64,000 nt of DNA from the human T2T-CHM13v2.0 reference genome, Homo sapiens (GCF_009914755.1 NC_060928.1), one strand, 5' to 3'. Counted from the first letter of the stretch, positions 14,466 through 29,396 are shown. Numbers and translations are program-made. The notes: a model not told the origin generated them from the sequence alone.

Positions 14466-15005
14466 TAATGAATGACTAAAGAAAACATGATACATATACA
14501 CAATGCAATATTATTCAGCCATAAACAATAAGGAACGCCTGCAACAGCATGGATAAACCTGGAAGACGTCATGCTGAATAAACTAAGCCAGGCACAGAAA
14601 GACAAATACTGTATAATCTCACTTACATGTGCAATCTAAGAAAGCTCAACTCATAAAAGTAGAGTAGAAAGGTGACTTCAGGAAGTGGGAAGGTGGGGGA
14701 CGTGGAGAGATGCAGGTAAAACGGTGCAAACTTTCGATTGCTAGATGAATAAATTCTGAAGCTGTATAGCATGGCAACTATAGTTAATAATACTGAATTG
14801 TTTACTTAAAATTTGCTAGAGTAGATCTTAACTGTCTTCAGCACGCCTCCCCCAACACATAAAATAGCAACTATGTGGGGTGATGGATGTGTAAATTGAT
14901 TGTGGTAATCATTTCACAATTTAGACATAGACTCAATAATCATATTGTATATTTGTAATATATTGAAATTTTGTCAGTTATACCTTAATAAGGCTGAAAA
15001 ATAAA
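14466..15005 (+). mobile_element. L1MA8/9-like 3' end fragment
   Basis: 'aaactaagccaggcacagaaagacaaatactgtataatctcacttacatgtg', 'aaatttgctagagtagatctt', ending 'ataccttaataaggctgaaaaataaa'. Confidence 0.85.
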
Positions 15006-16052
15006 TATAATGATCTAAACATGTTTTAAAAAATGTATACAGACTTTTCGCCAGTTACTCGATCCCCACTTGGTAAATCTCAAATGATTATACACTGTAT
15101 TCAAAACTACTAAATGTAGGTTTTACTTCTGGCATGAATACTAAATTGCAATATGATCTTATACAAGCTACTTTATGTGCATGAGCAATTTTTTTAATTA
15201 GTCAAATGAGTCCATAGTCATATTCTACTCATTGCATATTAAGAGAATGCAGATGCCTATCCAAAAAAGAATGATGAGGAAAGTACTCTCAGAAATACGC
15301 TATCATGTAATATACAAATAGTATTCACAGATTTTAAAAGGCAAAGTCAGTGAGTATTTTATATCAAATTCATATTTAAATATATAATGGTGGCTGAAGA
15401 CAGTATCACTAATATATTCCAAGTATTTTTGCATAGGTAATATTAATTAAAATTCAATTTCAAACCAAGAGGACACCATTTTGTGTCAATATAACTCAAA
15501 ACTAATTATATTACTTGGGATTTTAAAAAATAAAAGATTATAAAATTATTAGCAAGCATATTATCCTTATTTATATGCTCAATAATAAATGACATATTTG
15601 GCTTAAAGTATCTTTCCAGTTTTATTTGAAATATTAAGGAAATATATCTCAATCAACTCTTCGCTGGGATCTCCACATGTCTACAAGAAAAAAATCTGTA
15701 ATCAATGAAAACATATCTGTCTGGATTCAATAACTAGAACTTGGGTGTGATTATTAAAATAGTTTAATTATAAATTTAGCTTTATTCTTCAAGAAGAAAT
15801 AAATAATAAAAGAATTTGGTAGGCTGAACATCAGATAGCTGTGAACTTTAATTGCAAGGTAGGCATTTTGCAGTGTTTGTCTTTCTGAGAAATATTTTAC
15901 TGTGATTAGGTAGAATTCTTAGGATATACCATCACTAGTTATTATATAATTGTATTATTTGTGTGTATATTTATGTTAATATTTTGCTTGCTTTGATTTG
16001 CTTTGGTTCACTTAGAATAGTCAAATTTTATAAAGTTGTCAGAATTACTCAG

Positions 16053-16442
16053 CGCAATGGTCAGTTTTATGTGTCAACTTGGCTACACCATGGTACTTAG
16101 TTTTTAGTCAAACAGTAGTCTAGATGTTGCAGTAAAGTTATCTTTCCGATGTGATTAACAATTAAATCAATAGACTTTGAGGAAGACAAGATTACTCTCC
16201 CAAATGTGAGTGGGTTTCATCCAGTTGGTTGAATGCCTTGAAAGGAAATTTGCCTTTAGATTGCCTTTGAGCTAGAGACTAAAACATCAATTCTTCCCTG
16301 GGATCTCAAGCCTGTCAACCTGACCAGGAGATTTTGAACTTTCTAGTCCTAATAATAAAATAAAATAAATCAATCTCTCTCTCTCTGTCTCCCTCTCTCT
16401 CTCTGTCTCTCTATCATCTATCTCTCTCCCTCTCTTCCTTGA

Positions 16443-16482
<40 letters not shown>

Positions 16483-16534
16483 ACACCCCATATTGGATAT
16501 TGGTATTGTTATTTTGGAGAACCTCGACTAATAC
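16053..16534 (+). mobile_element. MLT2 (ERVL) solo LTR, MLT2C/D-like
   Basis: Starts 'atggtcagttttatgtgtcaacttggcta', ends 'tggagaacctcgactaatac', with the typical internal CT/CA tract. Confidence 0.88.
16375..16479. repeat. Compound (CT)n-(CA)n microsatellite within MLT2
   Basis: Directly visible. Confidence 0.95.
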
Positions 16535-18220
16535 TAATGGCTAATACACTAATACGTATGTGTCTGCCAGACAGAGAGAGAGGAGAAGGAGGGAGAGAGA
16601 TGGAGACAGAGACAGAAGTAGAGCAGCTATTCTTGTTTATTTGATCTGTTTCTTTGTAGCAGGAAATATTCAACATTCATAACTTCGTGCACAGAGCAAA
16701 AAAATTAGTTGAAATGAAGACAGAACTGATTGTAAACTGTGTTATTTCCATTCCAATAAGTTCTTATAGGATTATTAGTGAGTATTTAAAGAAATCTACC
16801 AGCCATAATCAAAGCTATCAAAAGGAGGAATCCAATATATCAAAAAAGGAAAATAAACGTGATAACGACAGCTTTTCTTTCCAAAACAAGTAAGTAAAAG
16901 CCAAAGTAAATAGAATATCCTATGCCACGGCAGCAGGTAAATGCTTACCACGTTTTTCTAAGAATAAATGTTCTGCACACATTGATAATTTATATGTTTT
17001 TGGTATGAACATCTGTGGTTTAATCATTGTTTTTGCAGTAGAGCAAATGTAAAGCATATTTTACCTTAATTAAATCATTAAAGAGAAAATAGCCAAAAGC
17101 ATAAGGCTTTTGAGAATGCTGATTTTAACCACATCACTAGGAATAGAATAGTACCTTGTTCTCTTTATAGCTGTGTTATAGCTCCCTGAGTAATTCAATT
17201 ACAGTACAGCATTGAAGCCTATCTGCATAGTATTAACTGTAGTTAAGCTTTCCAGTCTCTAGAGGTCTCTGTACATCACTTTTTCACTCACTGCCATCCT
17301 TGCAGGAAAACAGACACTTCAGCTTTGTCTGGACAGACTGCAGCTCTCCAAGGAACTTAAATGTTTCACTACTGTGTTTTTCCCCATCCTCATATATTCT
17401 AACATAAATTAAATTATAAGGCTTTAGGTACAGTCAAAACAAAAGAGAAAAACGTTTTCTATTTATTTTTAAAATTTTTACAAGGAGAATGTTTCCTTTT
17501 TGTGATTATCTCAGGTGTCCCTATTCTGAAACTGTTTTGGCTACCTTGTTTCCGAAAGTGTACATAGTACTCATGATTCTGTATAGTATTATATATAGTA
17601 CACAGGGTTTAATTTGACAAATATTATTTTCATTTATAAGTGCTTTAGGATGAGAAAGACATTTATTAATGCCACAGTTCTTCGTGAAATTACCTCGAAT
17701 GCAGCACGAATATTGAATTCAACACTTGAAGATGATCGGCTCTTTCATTAACATTCTCATTTTTTACCAAAACTTTGGCACACCATCAGGGAATAAAACT
17801 TGCATATAAATTAGCATCTGCCACTGTGACTCAAATCCTGAAAACGGCAAATAAAGTAGAACCTTGTCTTCAAGGCTTAAGTTTCATTTTGCTTAGTTTC
17901 TTTAATAAGATTGGACAAACCCCTCCCCCTAGGATTCTGGTTTATGGGGAAAGCTGCGTCACGTTGTGTGACTTGCAAAGCTGGTCATATCTGTCATTGG
18001 GGGTTGGGGACCAGCAGGAGGCAAGCAGCATATTTTGTTATAGTAAGCAAAAAACATGAGTCAATGGGAGATCTAACAGTGCTGGGGCAAAGTTTTGACC
18101 AGAGTTCTATGCTATTGAAAAATGCTATTTTGGACATATGTAAAGTTATTTTCTAATTTTTGGTGACACTCAATATTTATGATCAAGTATCTCTTTTATT
18201 GCAAAAGTTAAAGCTTAGGA

Positions 18221-18432
18221 TATACTGGACACTAAGAATAATACATATATAAACTCATCTAATCCTCATAACAATTCATCTTGTAGGTAGTATTATTAAT
18301 AACTTCATTTTAAAGGTGAAAAAACTGAGGCAGATAAAGCTTAATAAATTTTCTCTTAGGGCTGCGGAAGTAAATGATGGAGCTGGAATTTAAATTCAGT
18401 CTGTTTTCAGAACCTGGACCCTTAACACCTAG
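18221..18432 (-). mobile_element. MIR SINE
   Basis: Antisense MIR core 'ctcatctaatcctcataacaa...cattttaaaggtgaaaaaactgaggcag'. Confidence 0.85.
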
Positions 18433-18699
18433 ATTCAACCACCTCTCAGGTAGATATATCCTTCCACAAATGAGGAGAGACATGGAATCAACCAATTGAA
18501 TCAGCTGAAGGAAGTGCCTTGCCAAGTTTACGGTTGAGACCAGAGGCAAAAAAGAGAGAGCAAAAAACAGTGCAAAAACTTCAGAGGCTTTCTAATCAAT
18601 AGCATCTCTGACAAAATGGCTATTTGATCCAGGTATTGTGCCATTAACTATAGACTTTTCTCTGCTTGGAGCAAAATATTAAAGTAGTATTCCTTCTAA

Positions 18700-18987
<288 letters not shown>

Positions 18988-19249
18988 TCCTTCTAACATC
19001 TTACTGCAGAAGAGATGTCATCTATTTTTTTCCTTTCTATAGAAGATAAAAGAGATTGAGAAAGAGAAAGAGAGATGTAGAGAGATTGGTGCCACATCTA
19101 CACCTGTTTCATTGGTCTGTTTCTTTGTAACAGGAAATATTCAACATTCACAATTTAGAGTATGGAGCAAAAAAATAATTAAAATAACTACAAAATTGAT
19201 AATATTTGTAAGTGTGGTATATCAATATTTTGTGATAGAAAAAACAAAG

Positions 19250-19440
19250 GCATGAGTTAGCCAAAGTTCAAATAAAAACTTTCACCTTTGCTTTTTGTGT
19301 GACCTTTGGTGACTTCCTTAGTTTAATTCCTAGACCTCTCTTCTATAAAATGGGAAAAAATATTAATAACAGTGCCTCCCTGATAGCATTGTGAAGATGA
19401 AATAAAATAAAATTGTAGCAGAATGCCAAGTAATCAATAT
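19250..19440 (+). mobile_element. MIR SINE
   Basis: 'tgtgtgacctttgg...ctataaaatggg...aataacagtgcctccctgatagcattgtgaagat'. Confidence 0.75.
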
Positions 19441-20069
19441 TAACTTTGATACTACTGTGTTGATAATGGTAATATCTTACATTTAGTATTTATAATTAAG
19501 CTTGTTATTCATCATGTGAACAACTGTCACAATCTTCTACTTGTTCCTGTTCCCAAGATGTTCTTGCTGATTGTCAGTAGATGACTTTACAACTTATTTT
19601 AATGAAAAGGCTCAGGTGCCACCAAGGAATTTAGAATATGGCCTCATATTCAGCAAGTTCCAAAATGTTCTGCCACAGCCTTTGCTCTTGTTTCTCTCGC
19701 ATTCTGGTTCGAGTTAATGTGAAATTTCCCACATCCTTGCTGATAATTACTGATCTTAAAACTAATTCTGGTCCCTCTGATACACCAAAATATCCATGGA
19801 CAAAAATACATAAAACAATTTTACTCCACAAATGAACTTTACTTAAATTAGCAATATTACTATGCTCCAGGCTTTAAATCTAAAAATCGTCTAAACCATT
19901 TGACTGTTGAGTCGCCTTAATTACTTTCAATTATCATAAAATTTTGACGTTTTTTTAAATGAAATATTTTATTTTCTCATTTTCTCCACACTAGCAGAAA
20001 CTGTTCACATGCAGTTTATTACTACCTCAAATACACAAATTGAAATGATGCCTTACTTAGATAAGAAGT

Positions 20070-20200
20070 ATTAATTAAAGACCTGATATTTGGCCAATTA
20101 CTTTGTGGGTACTGGCAGCTATAAAGACAAATCTAATATAAAAGTTTAGTTCTTGTTTTCAAGAAGTTTAAAATTTATGTTCAGAGACAAAAACTACAAA
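20070..20200 (-). mobile_element. L2 3' fragment
   Basis: Weak antisense L2 tail ('ttcttgttttcaagaagtttaaaattta'). Confidence 0.45.
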
Positions 20201-21939
20201 TACAGTAAGCTATGAAATAATATAAGTTCTAAAAGAAAGTAGACTAAGGGAAAAATTCATCATTACTATTGAATGGAAGCTTTACGTTAAATCTCAGGCA
20301 GTAAGCAAAAGTTTTTATTTTGGCCTCACAATATAGATAAAAGTTGGACAAGCATAACTGAAGATCAGATTTCTCCATGAAGAATGCTATGTAAACTAAA
20401 GCTTGGTAGAAAAACCATGGCTGCACGCTGTTTAGCTATGAAAAATATCTTTACTATTCTATTTTGAAGCAAATTTGAAAGCCAAAAAACTAGATAATTT
20501 TAAGATAGGTAAACATGCTTTTGTTCATTTGTTTTGCTATTATCTCATGAAGCAAGTAGAAACATGAAAGATCACACTGTCTAGTACTTACAAAATAAAA
20601 CTCCTCCACGCATGAACACAGTTCCCCAAAAAGACATTTGGGGGAAAGATGAAGTCTCTTTAGGAATTTAAAAATTACAAAAAGAAAAACATAACCTGTC
20701 CAGTGTCTGTAAATTGCTGCAGAGTTCGTAACATAATCTAAATGAATGTGATTGCCATATTTGTGTATTTCTAATATATGGAAATATTGAGACAGATTTC
20801 ATCCAATAGCTGCATAAATTTTCCTGAAAATATGCTAACATTTAAAATGGAATAAAATGAAATGAAAAGATAGATAGTCATGTTCATTAATCTTATGTGT
20901 GAAAATAAACTCCATCATTGCCCTCTATCTGTACAGCCAGGATGTAAGATCCTGCTTATACATATTAAATTTACATACTTTTCTATTCTGGCACTTGCCC
21001 ATTATTTGGCACCGCAGGGTGTCTTAAATAACTCTGGCCTAATTTAAAGAAAATGTGCGTAATGATCTCTACAAATTCTTTCAAAATATAGAACTCTGAA
21101 TAATCTTTTACATTTACTTAATCAAAAGATATTTAAGTAGATAACAATCAGTCATCTGTAAGATCTCAAGTTTCTGCAATGTTAGTTTTTATTTATTTGA
21201 CTTTGTTTTTGTTCTTACTCCTCCATCCCTTGCAATTTAATCTTTAAATAACCTATTTAGACATCTCTGATATTAATATTTCTCTCAGAAAATATGATTT
21301 TCTGTGCAGGCAAATTGGATTTTCAATGATATTATTAATCTTTCTACAATTTCCCAGTCTTCTGGCTCTGATTTCTTTAATTTATAAACACTTGTATTTT
21401 TTCTATGTCCTTCACATACTAAACAGATAGATTTTCTATTATAAATTGTGAGCTTTGCAAAGCAAACGTGAATAGCGATTACCTATAACCTTGCAATCTT
21501 TATATATGCACACCCACAAAGAAATTTAAATATGATTTCTTAAATTTACCACAGAAAATGTATGACTTGAAAAGAGCAGTTATCTCCACCCTTCACTTTA
21601 CCCACACACATGCACAAATTATCTTGGTTAAATTTTCTCACAGATTTTAAATTTTCTAAACACAGAAGACAAGAGTGAGGTAGGGAGCAGGCTGGTTTGG
21701 GTAAGTAGATAATAGTAGATAAGTAGGTAAGTAGATTACAATCAGATTTGTGGAGTATATTTTAAATTGACTTTAATTTTACATGTGTTTTAACTCTTTC
21801 CAGATATTTATTACATAAGCAATATAAGTATGTTGAGCAGATGAGCACTCTTAATGTATAGGGACACGTAAATGCACACTTTTCAAATGCTGATTAAATT
21901 GAAGCCAGTAACAAAAATTCCCATGAAATCCCGCCACCT

Positions 21940-22734
21940 TATATACCTACTTCCAGAATTGGTGCCTACATAATTCTGATCATCCTCCTATTGGTAAGGA
22001 TGAACCCTCTGTTCTTAAGATTTTCCTTTCCTCTAGATCCCATTCTACCTTACCTACTTAAGAACATTGCTCCAAAGATTCATGTGTCTTTGGTCTGTTT
22101 TAATATCTCCCCTCCGTACTAGTAATTCTTATGAATTAAAAATGTCATTATTCTCTTTATAAATGAAAAAGAAAAAGAGAGGCTTCTCTTGACCTCACAT
22201 TCTCCTTCCTATTTATGGTAACTTCTTAAGTGTTATACTCTCCATCTCCTATTGGATTATTATTTTCCCATTCTCTTTTGAGACTATTGTAACAGCTTCC
22301 ATCAGCCACACTTCCACCAGAATTCATTTGTATATTGCTGTGTATGACTCTTTTACAAATCATCGGGGACTATCAATATTGCTAATTCTAACCATCTGTT
22401 TTCTGTCAGCAATCTACTTGACGTATAAACATTATTTCACCCAGTAGATTACTCCCTCCTTCTTTAACCACTTCCTAGACTTGACTGACCTTGGTTTCTG
22501 CTGACCATACTCCTGTCCTTGTTTCCTCTGACATCACCAGCCACTTCAAGCTTCTCTCCCTCTTTCTTCCTCCTTTTCTTTGCCTCTTTTCTATATATAC
22601 TAACTCATTGGGTAATCGGATTCAGTGTTAGGGCTTTGAATACCATTTCTATGTAGACAACTTTCAAATTTATAACTCCAGTATAGACTTATCTGAATTC
22701 TGTCCATATATATTTAAATGCCAGGAAACAGATG

Positions 22735-22766
<32 letters not shown>

Positions 22767-23420
22767 TCCTAGATAACTAATAAGCAAATTACACTTGACA
22801 TCTTCAAAACTGAACTTCTCACCTTTATGAGACACACTTGCTGTCAAAGTCTTTCCATGACACAAATGGCAATGTCATTCTTCTATTTGACTAAGCCAAC
22901 ATCCTTGAATTGTCTCTAATAACCGCTCTTTCTTTCATATCCCCATCAAATCTTTCAGAAAAATTTTCAATAATAACCAGAATCAAATCATTTTTTCTCA
23001 TCTCTACTACTTAAAAGCCACCATCATCTCTTACTTGGATTATTGTCATGCCTTAAAGCAATATCCTAATCAGTTTACAGTCTAGACTCATCACGGAGCT
23101 CAGAATCTATAGTGATGGTGATAGAATCTAATTTAGCACATCATATATCTGCACAAAACTGTTCAACATCTTTGTTTGATTTATTAAGCCAAATGATCTT
23201 ATGATGTGCTAAATGCTAACAAAAGCTGGGTTTCAGTTAGCTTTTTTACCTCATCTACTACTCTGTCTTTGGCACTATTTCTCCAGTCACAGTAACTCCC
23301 TTCTTGAGCTCACTAGCTAGCCATGTCCCAGTCTGGACTGTTCCCCTGAAATCTGCAGGACTCACTTGGCCTAGGGACATATACCCTTGCTGAATATCCA
23401 ACTTTTTAATTTACATTTCC
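21940..23420 (+). mobile_element. L2 (L2a-like) ORF2/3' region
   Basis: Pyrimidine-rich L2 motifs 'ggctttgaataccatttctatgtagacaactttcaaatttata', 'caaaactgaacttctc', 'aagccaccatcatctcttacttggattattg'. Confidence 0.85.
22739..22766. repeat. (AC)n microsatellite
   Basis: Directly visible. Confidence 0.95.
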
Positions 23421-26400
23421 TTAATGTATATGCCTCTGTTATTTTACTGAGATTCAGAATTTAAATTTCTTTCAATCTACACAATAAAGAATTTGGCAAA
23501 AGAATAAAATGGTGTTTTAAGTGCTCATTTAAACTTTGAAGTTTTGATAAAATTGGGACACAAAGAGCAGAGCTGGAATAACTAAACTCTGTAAATTTAA
23601 CATCTCAGAAATATCAATCAAAATGGAATTTCAATGTTAGAGGCTTACTGTGTGCCAGGGGGAGGTGGGAGACATAAATTAATAATCAATGGGCATAGAT
23701 TTGCTTTCCAAATACTCTTTTTATTGTTGCCATGTAAGGCTAGAAATCTTCCACAACTGTTAGATTAATTGCCAGAATTTCAGAGTTTAGAAGGCACAAT
23801 CTCTTTCTCGCCTCCATCATAAATCAACCTTGTCTTTATAAAAATAATGTGAATAAATGACTATAAAAAATTACTCCAGCCTTTGAGAGGGGGTAGCCAT
23901 AGCATTGATGGATAAAGACCAAGAACCACTGATATACACAACACATTTCAAGACCTGTTAAGACCTTGCTTTCCTTAGTGCTTATTCTTACCTACAGAAT
24001 AAAGTGTACACATACAAATAATGAGACAGATTCAGTCAAACTGAGACACAGAGTTTGAATAATTCTTCAGTCAGAAAGGAAGGCCACTTGAAAATATTTT
24101 TGACTATACAAATTAGTTGAGCCTTGAGGCTTGTAGGAAAATAATGGTATAATATTCTCATAAGTATGGCTAATAAAAGAAGGATTAAGAAGTACAAATG
24201 GCATGGTGAGCTTACCAGATCTCCATATAAATTAACTGATTCATGGGTAGAATTTCAGAAGAAAACAGAACATAATTATTACTGATTCACTATCCTCATG
24301 TTGCTTATTGAATGTGGTGATGGGTGGTGCTGATAGTATGCAAACATACAGTAATAAGATGTGTAAGAATAGCTCTAATTTCCCTAAAAATGGAATAATT
24401 CTGGCATTACATAATCAAAATAAAATACGGCTTGTGATTAAATTATCTAGACTATTATGTATAGAACTCTTAATCCCCTTTAACAAAACTTAAAAAAAAT
24501 TTCACATGTATTATAAAAGTCTAAAAATGCAACTGCATATGAAATTTATGAAATCCTATACTTTTAAGAATGGAAAGAGCAGTGAAGTGGCAAATCCTAT
24601 ATTTTATTCTCTCTCCTTGTGTGCTGCTTATTCAAGTAGATACATGTTTTATTCTTTAATAAATAAACACCTACATGCAACAGAAATAAATGTTTTAATC
24701 TTACTATCAAATGGCTTTTTCATCCTTGTTTTCTCCCTCCCATTTTTCCTTTATCTTCAACTATATTTTTATAATTTGAATCACAAATATGTATGTTTTC
24801 AGATACTGTCAGGTATAGGATAACTGACAGCAGAAATAAGAAAAGCCATAGCTTATATGGCTCTCTAGAGCTTGTTAGTATAAAAATATAATAATAATGC
24901 ATATTTTGTCCGCCTATTCCCTGGCATGTTTTTGTTACAAATAAATAAATTAAGATGGGAGTGTGATTTATTTGAGCAAATATGTGGTGTCAAATATATT
25001 CTAGGGAAAAAATAATGATCAGTCAAATTCCATTATTCTTAAGAAACCAAAATCCAAAATAAAAATGAAAGTAAACTATAAGTAACTGTATTTTGCTTAC
25101 ATTCAACCTAATTATGTGTTTACCATGGATATAGTTTTAGAAACTAAAATTCACAAATTTATTTTATGAAGGCAGAAAGCTACTGATGTACTCAGGGTTG
25201 GAGAAGGTTTTGCTTTTTTAGGTTTGGCCTATTCATATACAGTGCTTCCTAAGCAAGTCAAGAGCAATAATTATGAAACATGAAAATAAACATTTAATTG
25301 CTTATAGTAATACATAATTGCAAGCACAAGATATAAATATTCTGTTTCTATGTTCCAGATTTATACAGAGACCTAATAAAGTACATAAAATAAAAAGCTA
25401 AAGACATACCTTTGAATTATGATAGAATAATGAAGAATAGTGGAAATCTACAACTGTGGGACAGATAGAGAAGGCAAATAAGATATTTCTAGAAAATCAG
25501 ACTACTTTTTTAAAATTGAAATTTTGTTGTATGAGAACCACCAAGTACCAAACATCCAAAGTTATATAATTTTTATCAAATCAAACCAAAAAGTAAATAA
25601 TTGAGTATCTATTATATGAAAAGCCTGTATTAGTTGATTACTTAGAATGAATTTCTTCCCTTCATGATTTATTCCCCAACAATCAGACATCTGCATGGCC
25701 ATACAATTAAGATTTTAAAAGAGCTATAAGAAAATGGTAATAAACAATTATGAGAGAATAAGAGAAAAATCAATTTTAATTCAGATTCTATGGTTATATC
25801 TGGAATCACAGCCAATACAACTTTCAGCCAAACAATGAAAGATACCAAGTACTAGGATGAGTGTGCTTTCTTCTGTGAATAAAAAGGAAACAAAGATTTA
25901 TTTAGGTTTGTGATATGAAAAGTGATCTACTTTTAATATGTCAATACAGAGGTCATGTGGAAAATGAACTAGAGAAGAGAATGACAAGATGCAGAAAGAC
26001 AGAGTAGAAAGTATACAGTTAATTCAGGAGATGGTTGGGCCAAAACTGAAGCAATTGAATTAGGTGTAGAAAATAGGAAAATAATAGAAGTTTCCCATGG
26101 ATCTAGCCATATTCCTTTATTCTTCTTCTGTATATGCAACTTGATCATTTCACAAATACTACTGAGGCACTTTCTTCCATGAATGTTGATGACCCTGAAA
26201 ATGATATATCTATTATAAGCCACATTTCAATTCCAGACCCAACTGTATGTTGGGAAGTTATACCTAAGAAAACACTCTAGGTGGCAAAAATTTATGTTTC
26301 TTGCCGAATCTTATCGCTCCTCACATTTGCATTTCTATTCTTCGTACTGAAATAAAAGTAACTTTTCTCTGTATAATCATCTACTTAAAGTAGTAATTAA

Positions 26401-27221
26401 ATTAGGTGTGGAAAAGTCATCTATTAACCAATCAGAAACTTAATACCACAAATGACTGCTTTTTCATCTTTGCATCTTTAAAAACAATCATTAGTGTTAA
26501 TATTTAGGAAGGATTCACAGAGGAAAAAAATAAGAGTCATCTTCAAGTCAACTCCTTAGCAAATGTAAACAATCATGATTTTGACTAAATAGTCTGATCC
26601 AAAATATTTTACACCTCTTTTTCATAACTGAGTTTTTTTTTGCAAAATATGCTGCTAGAATTTCTAGCCACTAATAGGTAGTGAAGCAATCTTGATAAGA
26701 AAGAGAAAAAAGACAAAAGTAAAGATGCAAAGGAATAATTATTAGTATAAAAGAGAAGAGCCCACAGCACATTTGCCACTATTGATTCTTGTTTTAGGAG
26801 CACACATATATTAATTTAATTTAAAAATGATGTTAAATATTATAAAGAATACAGGTTTCACTTGGAGAGGCACTCTACAAAAGTCTCTAAGACAGCATAT
26901 AGAAGATTATTCTTACTTGTTAGTTTCTGCTTCACTGAAGCTAAACACAGAAATGTGGTCTGACAGTCAAAATATATTACAAAAACATCACATCTTTGTT
27001 ATTATGAGCCGTAAACAAACAAAGAAACAAATTAGAGTATATCCATTATACCAATGTTTTCTGTTATTAACAAGCATTACACACTATTAAATGAGCTTTT
27101 ATGTATTAAGAAAATAGATCTAAATTTTATCATAACTTTTATAAATAATATATTTCTAAATGCATATCAGAGTCAAATATAAGAAAGCTAGAAAAAACAT
27201 TTTTCAATATTAAAAATAATG

Positions 27222-27386
27222 ATATACTTATCCGATTCTAAAACCGCATTTCAGCATTTCTAAAATCAGTGTACATTTTGAATAGATTTTTCTACTTTGA
27301 ATACAGGACTGTATATTCTTTGTTAGATACTTTTTAATTGATAGTTCATCTTACAATGAGTGGTATCTTAAAATTTATAAAATACA
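27222..27386. mobile_element. TcMar-Tc2 MITE (MER104/Kanga-like)
   Basis: Ends 'ccgattctaaaaccgcatt' and 'catcttacaatgagtggtatcttaaaatttataaaatac' resemble MER104 termini. Confidence 0.5.
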
Positions 27387-28479
27387 AAATAATAAATTTC
27401 CTAAATATATCTTGACTTTTAAACAATGTATTCATCAAAGGTTTCTATTATTTTATGCATGCACTTCCTTTATTATTTTCTTTAACTATGAAATACCAAC
27501 TAGTTTAAGACAAGGAATTTTAAGATTTATCGCCTGAAGCATGATAATAATTTGTAACTTTGCCTCAAAGGAATTAAATTTATGAGATGTAAGTTTTATA
27601 TCAGTTTCCCATTTCCACTCATTTGATAAGTAATAACATAAAATGCAATAGAATATTCAAATAATTTCACAAATGCTGCTGTACAAAGAAGGTAGCAGGC
27701 AGCAGTACCATTTGATGACGCAAAATGATCATTCATTGGCTGGAATATCACAGTCAGAATTTGGTGTAAAAATAATAGATTAAGAGTGCCGATGCTTAGT
27801 CTATGGAAGTTTTGGCTCTATAACATTTAGCATATTGAAATGAATGTCAATACATAAGATATTATTCCAATTTAACATTTAGCTCTTTTTTAAGTGCCAT
27901 GTGCTAATATGTTACTGTTTTTGACATACATGGAACTCTGTGATTGGAGATTATTAGAGGCAAGTATACATAGAAAATATTTTTTAAATGGTACAGCAGG
28001 GACACCATATAGATGCCAGCTACTGTGCATGCCAGCTAATCATCAACCTTGATAATGAGAAATAAATGGCTGCCTCATTACTACTACGGGAACTAATGGC
28101 ATCCAATATATATATAAATGTATAGAACTGTGTATATATATACACACACACACAGAGACACACTTCTTTTCCTCAGTAATTAATCCATGCTTACTATGTG
28201 AATTTATGCATAATATTTTAAAGTTGTGTAGTGAGATTAATTATAGTTTCTGTATAACAGCTATAGAGGAAAACAAATACTGAGGAATTTTGCAACATGC
28301 TTTATGTCATAATTGTCTAAAACCAAGGCAGACATTGCAACTTAATGCTTTAAATTCAGGTCAAGTGTACTTTTCACCTCTCTAAAAAAAGCAGTAGTTT
28401 AGTAGCAGCAGTTTGCTTAGAATTATACACACTTTAGATTTCTATAATATAAAATTCAGCAATACATGCAAAACCATAT

Positions 28480-28836
28480 TGATATGGTTTGGCTCCGTGT
28501 TCCCATCCAAATCTCACCTTGAACTCTAATAATCCCCACTTGTCAAGGGCAGGGTCGGTGGAAATAACTGAATCATGGGGGCAGTTTCCCCCATGCTGTT
28601 CTCATGATAGTGAGTGAGTTCTCGGGAGATCTGATGGTTTTATAAGACGCAACCCCCTTCCCTCCACACTCATTCTCTTTCCTGCCGCCTGGTGAAGAGT
28701 TGCCTTCCGTCATGATTGTAAGTTTCCTGAGGCCTCCCCAGCCATGTGAAACTGTGAATCAACTAAACCTCTTTTCTTTATAAGTTACCCGGTCTCAGGT
28801 ATGTCTTTATTAGCAGCATGAGGACAAACTAATATA
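28480..28836 (+). mobile_element. THE1C/D (MaLR) solo LTR
   Basis: 'tgatatggtttggct...catgattgtaagtttcctgaggcctccccagcc...ctaatata'; 5-bp TSD catat/catac. Confidence 0.93.
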
Positions 28837-28874
28837 CATACACTTACTAAGTGTATTCATGTAAAAAAATATGG

Positions 28875-29105
28875 GAGTGCAGTAGTTAATTATTCAGGTC
28901 TAAAGTTAGATTGCCTTGGTTTAAGTTTTCTCAGTGCTAATCATTATCTAGTGCATGATCTTGGTTAAATCCCTACACCTATCAAAGTCTCAGTTTTCTC
29001 ATGTACAAATTGGTACAGTTATCCCTACCTCATAGAACTGTTACTAAAAGCAAGAGAGATAATAAATAGCACTTACTAGAAGGTCTGTTACATAAGAAAT
29101 GCTCA
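28875..29105 (+). mobile_element. MIR SINE (3' end interrupted by Alu)
   Basis: 'tctcagttttctcatgtacaaattgg...cctacctcatag'. Confidence 0.8.
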
Positions 29106-29396
29106 GGCCGGGCGCGGTGGCTCATGCCTGTAATCCCAGCACTTTGGGAGGCCAAGGCAGGTGGAATAACCTGAGGTCAGGAGTTCAAGACCAGCCTGGC
29201 CAACATGGTGAAATCCGTCTCTACTAAAAATACAAAAATTAGCTAGGTGTGGTGGCAGGCACCTGTAATCCCAGCTACTCAGGAAGCCAAGGCAGGAGAA
29301 TCGCTTGAAATAGGGAGGTGGAAGTTGAAGTGAGCCGAGATCTTGCCATTGCACTCCAGCCTGGGTGACAGAGTGAGACTCCATCTCAAAAAAAAG
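29106..29396 (+). mobile_element. AluSx-like
   Basis: Full Alu from 'ggccgggcgcggtggc'; TSD agaaatgctca at 29095-29105 and 29397-29407. Confidence 0.96.

Noticed and set aside
24216-24383. Minus-strand exon-like segment (ccatttttag|...CTG|gtaagc)
   Set aside because: Stops in all three frames and no supporting neighbouring exons; indistinguishable from a pseudo-exon
27711-27745. TGACGCAA plus ATTGG promoter-like motifs
   Set aside because: No CpG island or other promoter context; short motifs expected by chance
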